A DNA stretch of 64,000 nucleotides from an uncultured Gemmatimonadaceae bacterium (GTDB taxonomy: Bacteria; Gemmatimonadota; Gemmatimonadetes; Gemmatimonadales; Gemmatimonadaceae), in assembly GCA_963716745.1 (NCBI GenBank), contig OY970320.1:1216001-1280000 (forward strand), given 5' to 3'. Positions 51,587-63,408 of the stretch are shown here, piece after piece. Every line of letters starts with the position of its first letter. Position 1 is the stretch's first letter. Below the pieces are notes generated by a model. The model saw nothing but the letters and a program-made list of their open reading frames with translations, made no database searches and was not told the DNA's origin. The position numbers were made by a program, and so were the translations under genes.

Positions 51587-52287
51587 GCACCGACGCCAAT
51601 ACTGGGTTCCGCCACTTCCACGACGAACTCGACCAGCTCAAGCAGCGCCTGTTCGACATGTCGGCGCGCGCCGAAGCGCTGGTCGAACTCGCCGTGGATG
51701 CGCTGCTCAAGCGCGACACCGCGAAGGCCGAGACCGTGATCGCGGCCGATCACGAGGTGGACACGCTCGAAGTGGACATCGAGCAGCTCGCGGTGTCGCT
51801 GCTCGCGCTGCAGCAGCCGATGGCGAAGGACTTGCGCTTCATCATCAGCGCCATGAAGATTTCGAGCGACCTCGAGCGCGTGGGTGATCACGCCGTCAAC
51901 ATCGCGCAGTCGGCGCTCCGTCTGGCCGAGATGAAGTCGGACATCACGCCCGATCCCGAGATCGAGGACATGGCGCGCCGGGCGCGCGCGATGCTGGCGG
52001 ACTCGCTCGATGCGTTCGTGCGCGCCGATGGCGCGCTGGGACGCGAGGTGACCCGGCGCGATGACCAAGTGGACGCCCTGCACGACTCGCTCTTCCGGAT
52101 CCTGCTCACGCACATGCTCGAGGATGCGAGCACGATCTCGGCGGCGCTCGAACTGTTCCTGGTGAGCCGCAATCTCGAGCGGGTCGCGGACCTCGCGACC
52201 AACATCGCCGAGGACGCGGTGTATCTTGCGGAAGGGAAATCGATCAAGCACCGCCGCGAACTGCTCACCTCAGCCCCCTCGCCCTAG
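51583..52287 (+). CDS. phoU: Phosphate signalling protein PhoU
   Basis: [18 protein letters not shown] and [13 protein letters not shown]. Confidence 0.96.
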   Translation: MSTDANTGFRHFHDELDQLKQRLFDMSARAEALVELAVDALLKRDTAKAETVIAADHEVDTLEVDIEQLAVSLLALQQPMAKDLRFIISAMKISSDLERVGDHAVNIAQSALRLAEMKSDITPDPEIEDMARRARAMLADSLDAFVRADGALGREVTRRDDQVDALHDSLFRILLTHMLEDASTISAALELFLVSRNLERVADLATNIAEDAVYLAEGKSIKHRRELLTSAPSP

Positions 52288-52290
52288 CGC

Positions 52291-53935
52291 ATGGCATCCG
52301 CCACCGCCGAATCCGTCGCCCGCCTCTCGGGGGGCGCGCCCGATACCGGGCACGAGCGTGTCGCCGCGATCGACATCGGATCGAACTCGATCCGGCAGAT
52401 CGTCGCCGACGTCGCACCCGACGGGAATATCCGGGTGGTGGGCGAAATGAAGGCGGCGCCGCGGCTCGGCGCCGGGCTCGACGAAGCGGGCCATCTCGAG
52501 CGATGCGGCGATGGAGCGCGCCACGGAGGCGATCACGCGCATGGCGACCCTCGCGCGGCAGCTCGGCGCGAGTCGCATCGAGGCCGTGGCCACGAGCGCC
52601 GTGCGCGATGCGCAGAACGCGCGCGAATTCCTGGGGCGCGTGCAGCAGTCGGCCAAGCTCAAGGTGCGTATCCTGCGCGGCGACGACGAAGCGCGCCTCG
52701 GATTCCGCAGCGCGCTCGCGCATTTCGATCTCGGCGGCGGCCGCGCGGCGGTGGTGGACATTGGCGGCGGCTCGCTCGAACTCGCACTGAGCGCCGCCGG
52801 CCTCGTCGACCGCCTCGTCTCCCTGCCCTTCGGCGTGCTGCGCATGACCGAGCGCTTCCTCACGCCGCACACCACGCGCAAAGCCGTGAAGAAGCTGCGC
52901 AAGCACGTGCGGCACGAGCTGCAGCAACATCTGCCCGCGCGCGAATGGCGCAGTGCCACGGTGATCGGCTCCGGCGGCACTTTCACGAACCTCGCGGGCA
53001 TGGCGCTCTACCGGCAGGGGATCACCGGATTCCCTACGGTGCACGGCACCACGGTGAGCCGCGTGGAGCTCGAACACATTCTGGATGCGCTCCAGGGCAT
53101 GTCGCTCGCAGAGCGGCTCGCCGTGCCGGGACTCAACGCGGGCCGCGCCGACATCATCGTGGCGGGCCTCGCCGTGATCGCGGAGGTGATGGCGCGACTC
53201 GACACGCCGCGTCTCGTCGTGTCGGGCTACGGCATCCGCGAGGGGTTGCTGCTCGAGAACGCGCGCATCGCGCCATCGATCGGAGGGCCGGGTGACGCCC
53301 GCGAGCGCTCCGTGCGCCGGCTCGCCGATGCGTGCCATTTCGAGGAGCGCCACAGCACGCAGGTGCAGCGCCTGTCGCTGCAGCTCTTCGACGCGCTCGG
53401 CGCGCGGCTGGGCTGCTCGCCGCAGGAGCGCGATACGCTCTCGGCCGCCGCGCTGCTGCACGACATCGGCTATCACATCAGCTACGACCGCCACCACAAG
53501 CATTCGTACTATTTGATCTCGCATGCCGAATTGCTGGGCATGTCACCGGCGGAGCAGCTCGTCGTGGCGCACGTGGCGCGCTATCACCGCGGCGCCGAAC
53601 CCTCGAAGCGGCACGCTGAGTTCGCGGCGCTCGACCGCGTGATGCGCCGCAGTGTGCGGCGGCTCGCGGCGCTGTTGCGCGTCGCCGACGGATTGGATCG
53701 CGGACACGTCGCCGCGGTGGACCGCGTGAAGGTGCGCTGGGTGGAGCGCTGCATCCGGATCAGCACCGTGCCGCGGATCGCGAGCCGGTCGCTGCGCCTG
53801 GAGCTCTGGGGCGCGAGCCGCAAGGCGCGTCTCCTCGAGGAGGTCGCGGGCACGCCCGTGGAGATCGTGGATCCCGAAGGGAATGTGTTCGACCGTGAGG
53901 AAAGCGGGGACATCAAAGGCGGCGAGGAAGACTAG
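52291..53935 (+). CDS. ppx: Exopolyphosphatase Ppx/GppA with HD domain (frameshift near 52498)
   Basis: AAIDIGSNSIR, ATSAVRDA, DIGGGSLE, GIREG and LHDIG. Confidence 0.92.
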
Positions 53936-54074
53936 ACGGCGGGGCTGGTACCGCTGACCGGCGCGGACTGGCGTTGGACATTCATGGGGGCCGGCGATAC
54001 AATGCCGGTTGGCGCGAGCTTCCACTGCCATCGCCAAGCGCGCCGCTCGCGGTGCCAGTCCCGTCGTTCGCGGT
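53935..54074. repeat. Diverged second copy of the 966-1101 element arms, between convergent ppx and ppk1
   Basis: GACGGCGGGGCTGGTACCGCTGA matches 972-994 at 22/23; degenerate right arm at 54049-54074. Confidence 0.7.
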
Positions 54075-56248
54075 TATTCCGCCGCCATTGAGACTGCGAC
54101 TTCCCTCTCCGCCGTCGTCATCACGGAAGCTGGCGCAGCTAGAGGCGCCGTGGGTGCCACGGCAGCCACCGCCTCGCCCCACGGATGCATCATGAGGATC
54201 GTCTGCGCGTTGCGCTCAGGCTCGCTCCCCGCGCTGCGCTGGTGGTACTGCCCCGTCGAGTCCAAGTCCCACGCCAACCGATTGTCCGCGAGATACGTCG
54301 CGAACAGCGAGCGCAGCCGGTCGTGCAGCGCGACATCCACGACCGGCGTGATCACTTCCACGCGTCGGTCGAAGTTCCGCTGCATCCAGTCGGCACTCCC
54401 GAGATAGAATTCCTCGGCGCCGCCGTTCGCGAAGTTCCAGATGCGCGAGTGCTCGAGCAGCCGTCCGATGTGCCCCACCACGCGGATCCGGTCGCTCAGT
54501 CCCGGCACGCCGGGCCGCAGCGCGCACGCGCCGCGCACGATCAGGTCGATCTCCACGCCCGCCTGTGAGGCTTCGTAGAGCTCGAAGATCACGTCGGGAT
54601 CCACCACCGCATTCATCTTCGCGGCAATCCGCGCCGGCCGCCCCGCACGCGCATGGTCCGCCTCGCGCCGGATCAACTGCTTGAGACGATCGCGCAATTC
54701 GGTGGGCGCAACGAGCAGCCGGCGGTACGATCGCTGATGCGAGAATCCGGTGAGGAAATTGAACAGGTCGCTCACGTCCGCACCGATGAGCGGATCGGCG
54801 GTGAATAGTCCGAAGTCGGTGTACAGGCGCGCCGTGCGCGAGTTGTAATTGCCCGACCCGATGTGCACGTAGCGCCGGATGCCATCGGCCTCGCGGCGCA
54901 CCACCAGACACACCTTCGCGTGCGTCTTGAGCGCCGCCACGCCATACACCACGTGTACGCCCGCGCTCTCGAGCTGGCGCCCCCACGTGATGTTGTTCGC
55001 CTCATCGAAGCGCGCCTTGATCTCCATCATCACCACCACCTGCTTCCCCCGCTCCGCCGCCGCCGTGAGCGCGCGCACGATCGGCGTGTCGCCCGAGGTG
55101 CGATAGAGCGTGAGCTTGATGGCGAGCACCTGCGGGTCCTCCGCCGCGCGGTCGAGGAACGCTTCGACGCTCGTCGCGAACGACTCGAACGGGTGATGCA
55201 CGAGGATATCGCCCTGACGGATCGCATCGAAGATCCCGCCATTCACCCCGCGCAACCGCGGCGGCGTGACCGGTACGAAGGGCGGATCTCGGAGCTCGGG
55301 CACATCCAAACTGGCGATCTCCATGAGGTCGCCCAGCTCGAGCAGCGACCCGAACTCGTGCACGTCCTTCTCCGTGAGTGTCGCGTTGGCCGGCAGGCGG
55401 TCGTCGCGCAGTTCGTCGAGCAGCAGCAACCGCGTCGCCTCCGGCATCCCCGTCTGCACCTCGAGCCGCACTACCTCGCCGAAGCGCCGGCGGAACACCT
55501 GCTCCTCGATCGTCGCCAGGAGATCGTCCGGCTCCTCGCTCGGCGCCAGCTCGATGTCCGAGTTGCGCGTGATGCGGAACGCGTGCCAGCGCAGGATCTC
55601 CATCCCCGGGAAGAGCGCGCCGAGGTTCGCGCCGATGACGCGCTCCAGTGGCACGAAGCGGTGTCCCTTGCCGGTGGACACCCAGCGGGAAAGGCTCTTT
55701 GGCACTTTCACACGCGCGAAGTGCGTATCGCCGGTGATCGGGTCGCGGATCTCCGTCGCGAGCGAGAGCGACAGGTTCGAGATATACGGGAACGGATGCC
55801 CGGGATCGACGGCGAGCGGCGTGAGCACCGGGAAGACGTGCGACTCGAAGAAGCTGTCCACCGCGGCGAACTCCGAGCGGTCGAGATCCTCCGTGGACAC
55901 GAGTTCGATCCCGTGGAGCGCGAGGGCGGGCAATACCTCGCCGTGCAAGCAGCGGTCGCGCAGCGCCAACTGTTCGGACACGCGCCGCGCGATGGCGTCG
56001 AGCTGTTCCTGCGGGGCGAGCCCATCGGGCGCCGACACGGCGACGCCGGCGGCCACCTGCCGCCGGAGACCGGCCACGCGCACCATGTAGAACTCGTCGA
56101 GGTTCGTGCTGAAGATCGACAGGAACTTCAGGCGCTCGAGCAGCGGCGTGCGCGAGTCGAGCGCCTCGTGCAACACCCGGGCGTTGAACTCGAGCCAGCT
56201 CAGTTCGCGATTGAGATAGATCTCAGGTGCGGCGAGGCGGTCGGGCAT
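54074..56248 (-). CDS. ppk1: Polyphosphate kinase 1
   Basis: NRELSWLEFN, NLDEFYMVRVAG, HHPFESF, ARFDE, KTHAK and SADWMQRN. Confidence 0.97.
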   Translation of the reverse strand: MPDRLAAPEIYLNRELSWLEFNARVLHEALDSRTPLLERLKFLSIFSTNLDEFYMVRVAGLRRQVAAGVAVSAPDGLAPQEQLDAIARRVSEQLALRDRCLHGEVLPALALHGIELVSTEDLDRSEFAAVDSFFESHVFPVLTPLAVDPGHPFPYISNLSLSLATEIRDPITGDTHFARVKVPKSLSRWVSTGKGHRFVPLERVIGANLGALFPGMEILRWHAFRITRNSDIELAPSEEPDDLLATIEEQVFRRRFGEVVRLEVQTGMPEATRLLLLDELRDDRLPANATLTEKDVHEFGSLLELGDLMEIASLDVPELRDPPFVPVTPPRLRGVNGGIFDAIRQGDILVHHPFESFATSVEAFLDRAAEDPQVLAIKLTLYRTSGDTPIVRALTAAAERGKQVVVMMEIKARFDEANNITWGRQLESAGVHVVYGVAALKTHAKVCLVVRREADGIRRYVHIGSGNYNSRTARLYTDFGLFTADPLIGADVSDLFNFLTGFSHQRSYRRLLVAPTELRDRLKQLIRREADHARAGRPARIAAKMNAVVDPDVIFELYEASQAGVEIDLIVRGACALRPGVPGLSDRIRVVGHIGRLLEHSRIWNFANGGAEEFYLGSADWMQRNFDRRVEVITPVVDVALHDRLRSLFATYLADNRLAWDLDSTGQYHQRSAGSEPERNAQTILMMHPWGEAVAAVAPTAPLAAPASVMTTAEREVAVSMAAE

Positions 56249-56462
56249 TTCCCAGGCGGAGACGAGTCGCCGCCCGGCGTGTGGCGCGGGCGGCGGGATT
56301 GCGGTTGTCGTGGGAGGTAATCTAGAGCCCCGCGAGGCCGCCGTGAATCACACGTACGTAACGAGTGGGCGGATCGTTGGCGCGTAAATTACGCCATATT
56401 TTGCAACACTACAGCGCCAGTATAGTGATATTTGCTCATTATTTGGCGACAGTTGTGCCACT

Positions 56463-57116
56463 TCATGCTCCAAGTCGCTCCAACACGCTCGCCCCCTCCA
56501 TGTCGTCGATCAGTACGAACTTCCCGCGCAACGGCTCGAAGTAGTAGACGTCCGCACCCCGGATGTCGAACCACAATCCGTGCAGCTGCAACTCGCCGCG
56601 CTCTACTCGCGACTTCACCAGCGGATAGCCGCCGATATGCTCCAACTGCTGCAGGACGTTCAGCTGAGACACGGTACGCACGTCCTCCGTCCCCTTCTTC
56701 CGCGCTTCCGCGAGCGCCGGCTCGGCGTGCCGCAGCCAGGCGCGCAGGTTCGGCTCCGGGATCGTGCCGCGCCCCGCACAGAGCGCCTTGATCGCCCCGC
56801 AGTCCGAATGGCCGCACACCACCACGTGGCTCACTTCCAGGCGCGACAGCGCGAACTCGATGGCCGAGGCCTCCGACTCGTCGCTCGTCGAACGCCCATC
56901 CACGTCGCTCGGCGGAATGAGGTTCCCCACGTTGCGCACGACGAACATGTCGCCCGGATCGGTGGATGCGAACACGTTCACCGCGACGCGGCTATCCGAG
57001 CAGGCAATGAACAGCACGTCGGGGCGCTGGCCGAGCGCCAGCTCGGCGAACGTGTCTTGATAGTCGGCGCGCCGCAGCCGGCGGAATTCCATGATCCCCG
57101 CGATCAGTTTGCGCAT
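56463..57116 (-). CDS. Beta-carbonic anhydrase
   Basis: CSDSR, RNVGN and GHSDCGA. Confidence 0.94.
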   Translation of the reverse strand: MRKLIAGIMEFRRLRRADYQDTFAELALGQRPDVLFIACSDSRVAVNVFASTDPGDMFVVRNVGNLIPPSDVDGRSTSDESEASAIEFALSRLEVSHVVVCGHSDCGAIKALCAGRGTIPEPNLRAWLRHAEPALAEARKKGTEDVRTVSQLNVLQQLEHIGGYPLVKSRVERGELQLHGLWFDIRGADVYYFEPLRGKFVLIDDMEGASVLERLGA

Positions 57117-57125
57117 CGCCTCCTC

Positions 57126-58574
57126 CTAGAGCAGCGAGCTGAAGAGACGGGCCACGTTCCATCCCACCTGACGCCAGAGCGGCTGCGCACCCCAGATCGC
57201 GGCGTCGAGCCACTGCCCTTCATGGAAGTACCGCTCCTGCACTGCGCGCATCTGCGCGCACACCGCGGGATCGTACGTCAGCAGCACGACCTCCTCGTTG
57301 AGCGCGAACGAGCGGATGTCCATGTTCGATGAGCCGATCCAGCCGATCTCGTCGTCGATCGTGACGTGCTTCGCGTGAAGGAATCGCTTGGAGTATCGGC
57401 AGATCTTCACGCCGCCGGTGAGCAGCTCTTCATAGTATGACTTCTGCGCGTTGGACACGAGCAGCTGATCGTCCTGCCCCGGGACGACTAGCCGCACGTC
57501 CACGCCGCGCAGCACTGCGGTGGTGAGCGCCTGGCGGAGTGCGTCGTCGGGAATGAAATACGGCGTCGTGATCACCGCCCGCTCGCGCGCCACGCCCAGA
57601 AGCGCCACGATGAGCCGCTGGCTGTTCTGGCGCGGGAAGAGCGGACTCGACGGCAGCACCTGCGCGGGCGTCACGCCCGTGATCTCCGGGTCGGGGAACG
57701 GCGTGCCGGGCTCGAGATTCTTGCCCGTCTCGATGAACCAATCCTGCGCGAACACCGCCTGGAGTTCGAGCACCGCCGGCCCGGTGATGCGCACCATGAG
57801 CTCCTCGTACGTGAGCCCCGGTTTGAAGTCGGGCGCCACGAGGTTCATCGAACCGGTGTAACCAATGCGCCCATCGATCACGGCGATCTTCCGGTGATTG
57901 CGGAGATCGGCGCGCGCGCCCTGTGACCGGATGAGCGACAGTTTGAACGTCGCGAACGCGTCGATGCCCCTCGCGCGAAGCCGCGGCGCCAGCTCCTTGA
58001 ATCCGAACGGCCGCGATCCGATCGCGTCCGCCAGCAGACGACATGCCACGCCGCGCTTCACGGCGCGCTCGAGCGCGTCCATGATGCGCGCCGCCACCGC
58101 GTCGTCGGCCACGATGTAGAACAGCAAATGCACATGGTTCTTCGCGGCGTCGATGTCCGCGATCAGCCGCTCCACGATGCCGGCATAGTCGGACAGGATC
58201 TCCGCGTGGTTCCCGCCGAGGATCGGCAGGTCGCCGAGCTGCTCGGTGAGGCGCACCGCCGGCGCGATCGCGGGCGCTTGCTCCGGATGGAACACCGCGG
58301 GGTGGGCGAGCAGCCGGGCGTATACGGGTCGCGCGCCCTCCTCGAATTCCGCTGCGCGCCGCAGCCGCCACGCGGGCATCCGCGTGCGGCCCCATGCGAG
58401 GTACACCACGAGGCCGACGATCGGCTCGAACAGGATGAGCAGCAGCCAGCCCTTCGCCGTCTCGGGCGAGCGGCGGAAGGGGACGATGACGACCGCCACG
58501 ATCCGGATCGCCCACTCCACGGAAAGGAACAGCACCCACCAGATGCCGTCGCCGAAGAGGGCGTGCGGGATCAT
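57126..58574 (-). CDS. cls: Cardiolipin synthase
   Basis: Two N-terminal TMs; two HKD motifs (NHRKIAVIDG, HAKHVTID); TPYFIP. Confidence 0.92.
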   Translation of the reverse strand: MIPHALFGDGIWWVLFLSVEWAIRIVAVVIVPFRRSPETAKGWLLLILFEPIVGLVVYLAWGRTRMPAWRLRRAAEFEEGARPVYARLLAHPAVFHPEQAPAIAPAVRLTEQLGDLPILGGNHAEILSDYAGIVERLIADIDAAKNHVHLLFYIVADDAVAARIMDALERAVKRGVACRLLADAIGSRPFGFKELAPRLRARGIDAFATFKLSLIRSQGARADLRNHRKIAVIDGRIGYTGSMNLVAPDFKPGLTYEELMVRITGPAVLELQAVFAQDWFIETGKNLEPGTPFPDPEITGVTPAQVLPSSPLFPRQNSQRLIVALLGVARERAVITTPYFIPDDALRQALTTAVLRGVDVRLVVPGQDDQLLVSNAQKSYYEELLTGGVKICRYSKRFLHAKHVTIDDEIGWIGSSNMDIRSFALNEEVVLLTYDPAVCAQMRAVQERYFHEGQWLDAAIWGAQPLWRQVGWNVARLFSSLL

Positions 58575-59390
58575 CCGCCCGTGCGCGCCGAAGCGGTGAA
58601 CACGATCGCCAGCATCGGCGCGTGCACGGGCTTGTCGCCGAACTGCGCGCCGATCGCGCCGGCGATCTCCGCGATCACACGTTCCGCCGGCACCGACGCA
58701 CGCTCCGAGATGCCCGTCGCAAGCGGCGTGCCGGTCGCGAATCCGGTCGCGAGATCGCGCGCCGTTGGCGAGTGCATCTCCTTCGCGACGCGTTCGGACT
58801 TGATGGCTGCCGAAGCCCGCGGCGGTGAGAAGACCGGTGATCAGCCCGACATCGAAGTAGCCGAAGGGGATCGTGATGAAATCCGGCGGATCCACCGGGA
58901 AGAGCTTCACGACCGTCTCGCGCGCGAGCCGCGAGGCCGGATTCGCCGCAAGGCTGTCCCACACCGAGAAGATCAGCGTGCCACCCGGCGCGAGCACGCG
59001 GCGCATCTCCGCGAACGCGACCGCCTTGTCGGGCACGAACATGACGCCGAACTGACAGACCAGCGCATCGAACGACGCATCTGGGAAAGGCAGCGCCATG
59101 GCGTCCGCCGGACGGAACTCGACGCCGGCCGCACCCGGCATGCGCGATCGCGCGTACTCGACCATCGCGGGACTCAGGTCGGTGGCCGTGAGATGCGCGT
59201 CCGGCCGCATCGCCTCGCGCAACCGGCGGGTCACGATCCCCGTGCCGCACGCGACCTCCAACACGCGCCTCGCCGTCTTCGGCAAGCGCGCCGCCGCGTC
59301 GAGCGCGTACGGCTCGAAGAACACGCCGCCCAGGTACTTGTCGTAATTCGCGGGAATGCTGCCGGTGAAGCGAATGTCGGGAGTGGTCAT
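58571..59390 (-). CDS. Class I SAM-dependent methyltransferase (frameshift near 58805)
   Basis: VLEVACGTG, ADAMALPF and CQFGVMF; C-terminus in the 58571..58777 frame. Confidence 0.85.
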
Positions 59391-59400
59391 AGTCCCTCTC

Positions 59401-60432
59401 TTAACCCGTGATGCGTTGGAGCACCCACCACACCGCGGCGGCCATGAGGGCGGCCATCGGGATCGTCAGGACCCAGGCCCACACGATACGCCTCGCGACG
59501 CCCCAGCGCACGGCGCTCAGCCGGTTCGTCGCGCCCACGCCCATGATCGCGCCCGTGATGGTATGCGTGGTGCTCACCGGGATCCCGAAATTGGTCGCGA
59601 GCAACAGGCTCATCGCACCCGCCGTCTCGGCGCAGAATCCACCCACCGGGCGCAGCTTGGTGATGCGCGTTCCCATCGTAAGCACGATGCGCCAGCCGCC
59701 GAACAGCGTGCCAAGCGCGATCGCGCTGTAGCCGCCCATCACCACCCAGAGCGGGATGTGGTCCGCATTCTGCAGGTACAAGTGATGCAGCCACCCCGTC
59801 TGGCTGGCGAACAGCGTCTGCGTGGACACGAGTAGGCCCACAATGATCCCCATGGTCTTCTGCGCGTCGTTGCCGCCATGGCCCAGCGAGAAGAGCGCCG
59901 AGCTGCCGAGTTGTGCCGCCCGGAAGAAACGGTCCACCCGCGCCGGCGCGGTGCGGTGGAAGATCCACATCACCAAGACCATCAACAGGTAGCCGAGCGC
60001 CATACCGATGAGCGGGGAGAGCACGATGAACAGGAGCACCTTGCTCCAGCCCGACACGATGAGCGCGTGGAATCCCGCCTTCGCGACCGCCGCGCCACCA
60101 TAGCCGCCGATGAGCGCGTGCGATGAGCTGGACGGCAGCCCGAAATACCAGGTGATGATGTTCCAGATGATCGCGCCGACGAGTCCGCCCAGGATCACGT
60201 TCGGGTCGACGATCGAGACGTCGATCAATCCTTTGCCCATCGTCTGGGCGACCTTGGTGCCCACAACGAACGCCGCCAGGAAATTGAACGACGCCGCCCA
60301 GACCACCGCCGGCAGCGGTTTGAGCACGCGCGTGCCGACGATCGTGGCGATGGAATTCGCCGAATCGTGGAAGCCGTTGCTGAAATCGAAGATGAACGCG
60401 ACGACGACGATCGCGACGATGTAGATGATCAC
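59401..60432 (-). CDS. pit: Inorganic phosphate transporter (PiT family)
   Basis: NGFHDSAN, PSSSSHA, HGGNDAQK and PVSTTH. Confidence 0.95.
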   Translation of the reverse strand: MIIYIVAIVVVAFIFDFSNGFHDSANSIATIVGTRVLKPLPAVVWAASFNFLAAFVVGTKVAQTMGKGLIDVSIVDPNVILGGLVGAIIWNIITWYFGLPSSSSHALIGGYGGAAVAKAGFHALIVSGWSKVLLFIVLSPLIGMALGYLLMVLVMWIFHRTAPARVDRFFRAAQLGSSALFSLGHGGNDAQKTMGIIVGLLVSTQTLFASQTGWLHHLYLQNADHIPLWVVMGGYSAIALGTLFGGWRIVLTMGTRITKLRPVGGFCAETAGAMSLLLATNFGIPVSTTHTITGAIMGVGATNRLSAVRWGVARRIVWAWVLTIPMAALMAAAVWWVLQRITG

Positions 60433-60436
60433 GAGA

Positions 60437-61048
60437 TCAGTTGTGCTTCAGCGCGATGCTCTCCAGCACATTCGCCACATCCTCGCATTGGTCGAGAGCG
60501 CGCTCGAGGGTATCGAACAGCTCCTTCCACTTGATCACTTCGATCGGGTCGGGGTGCCCGGCGAACAGGTCGCCGATGGCCTGGTGGTACAGCTGGTCGC
60601 CCTCTTCTTCGCGGAGCTTAATGTCGCGGCCGCGCGCGACGACGATGCGCGAGTCCTTCATCTCGGCCACCGCCGCTTCAATGTGCTCCGTCGCGCGGAT
60701 GAGCACGTCGCACAGCGGGATCGCCTGCGGCAGCACCGTGGTGATATGGAACATCTGCACGCGGCGCGCGGTGCCGTCCATGAGGTCGATCACATCGTCG
60801 AGCTCGCCGGCGAGGAGGTGGATGTCCTCGCGGTCGATCGGCGTCACGAAGCTCCGGTCGATGCGCAGGATGATCTTGTGCGTGAGCTCGTCGGCCTCGT
60901 GCTCCACCGCCTTGATCGCCGCCACATGCTTCTCGAGGTTCGCCGGCTCGGCGAACAGTTGTCGCAGCAGCCGGGCGCAGGCGGATCCGCGCTTCGCGAG
61001 CTCGGAGAACATCTCGAAGAACGCTTCATCTCTCGGGATCAACCGCAT
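60437..61048 (-). CDS. DUF47 / PhoU-like Pit accessory protein
   Basis: EHEADE, FVTPIDREDI, EEEGD; immediately upstream of pit. Confidence 0.92.
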   Translation of the reverse strand: MRLIPRDEAFFEMFSELAKRGSACARLLRQLFAEPANLEKHVAAIKAVEHEADELTHKIILRIDRSFVTPIDREDIHLLAGELDDVIDLMDGTARRVQMFHITTVLPQAIPLCDVLIRATEHIEAAVAEMKDSRIVVARGRDIKLREEEGDQLYHQAIGDLFAGHPDPIEVIKWKELFDTLERALDQCEDVANVLESIALKHN

Positions 61049-61108
61049 CGGAGCTCCGCTGTAGACGGGGATCGCTGTGGGGCAGGAACTTACGAGGTCA
61101 CCTAGAGT

Positions 61109-61210
61109 GCGGGAAGCGGGACGCGGGACGCGCCGCGTTAACGACCCGGGACGCGAGGGCCTCCCGTCAGTTCTCGCTTCCCGCGGCGCTTCCCGCGTCC
61201 CGCGTCCCGC
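61109..61210. repeat. Inverted array of GCGGGA(A/C) heptamers
   Basis: GCGGGAAGCGGGACGCGGGAC ... GCTTCCCGCGTCCCGCGTCCCGC. Confidence 0.7.
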
Positions 61211-61277
61211 GCATGACATAGCTTCGGCCGTTCAACCACCCATATGTCGGACATTCCTGCCAACTCGGCAGTCAAGC

Positions 61278-61295
61278 CAGGCCCAGATATTGCTT
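61278..61295 (+). promoter_or_regulatory. Putative sigma54 promoter of dnaK
   Basis: CAGGCCCAGATATTGCTT has GG-N10-GC spacing with TTGC at -12. Confidence 0.5.
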
Positions 61296-61347
61296 GAAGT
61301 TAGCCCGCTACACCGCATAGTCAGACCAAACTAGGAGACATAGGATT

Positions 61348-63291
<1,944 letters not shown>

Positions 63292-63332
63292 GGCAACGCA
63301 ACCGGCGTTGCCGGTGACTAACGGATGGACAC

Positions 63333-63362
63333 GGCGGGGCTCCGGGAACCCCGGAGCCCCGC
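63333..63362 (+). terminator. Hairpin after dnaK
   Basis: GCGGGGCTCCGGG / CCCGGAGCCCCGC. Confidence 0.55.
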
Positions 63363-63408
63363 TGTACGTATCTATATGACCAACTCTCATCCACGAAGGA
63401 TCCCGAGT

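Noticed and set aside
57126..59390. Apparent methyltransferase-cardiolipin synthase fusion
   Set aside because: A frameshift near 58805 creates it. The true methyltransferase C-terminus ends at 58571, overlapping the cls ATG.
61086..61102. Pho-box-like site before DUF47-pit
   Set aside because: Minus-strand GTGAC and GTTCC half-sites are 12 bp apart with a mismatch, which is too weak to call.
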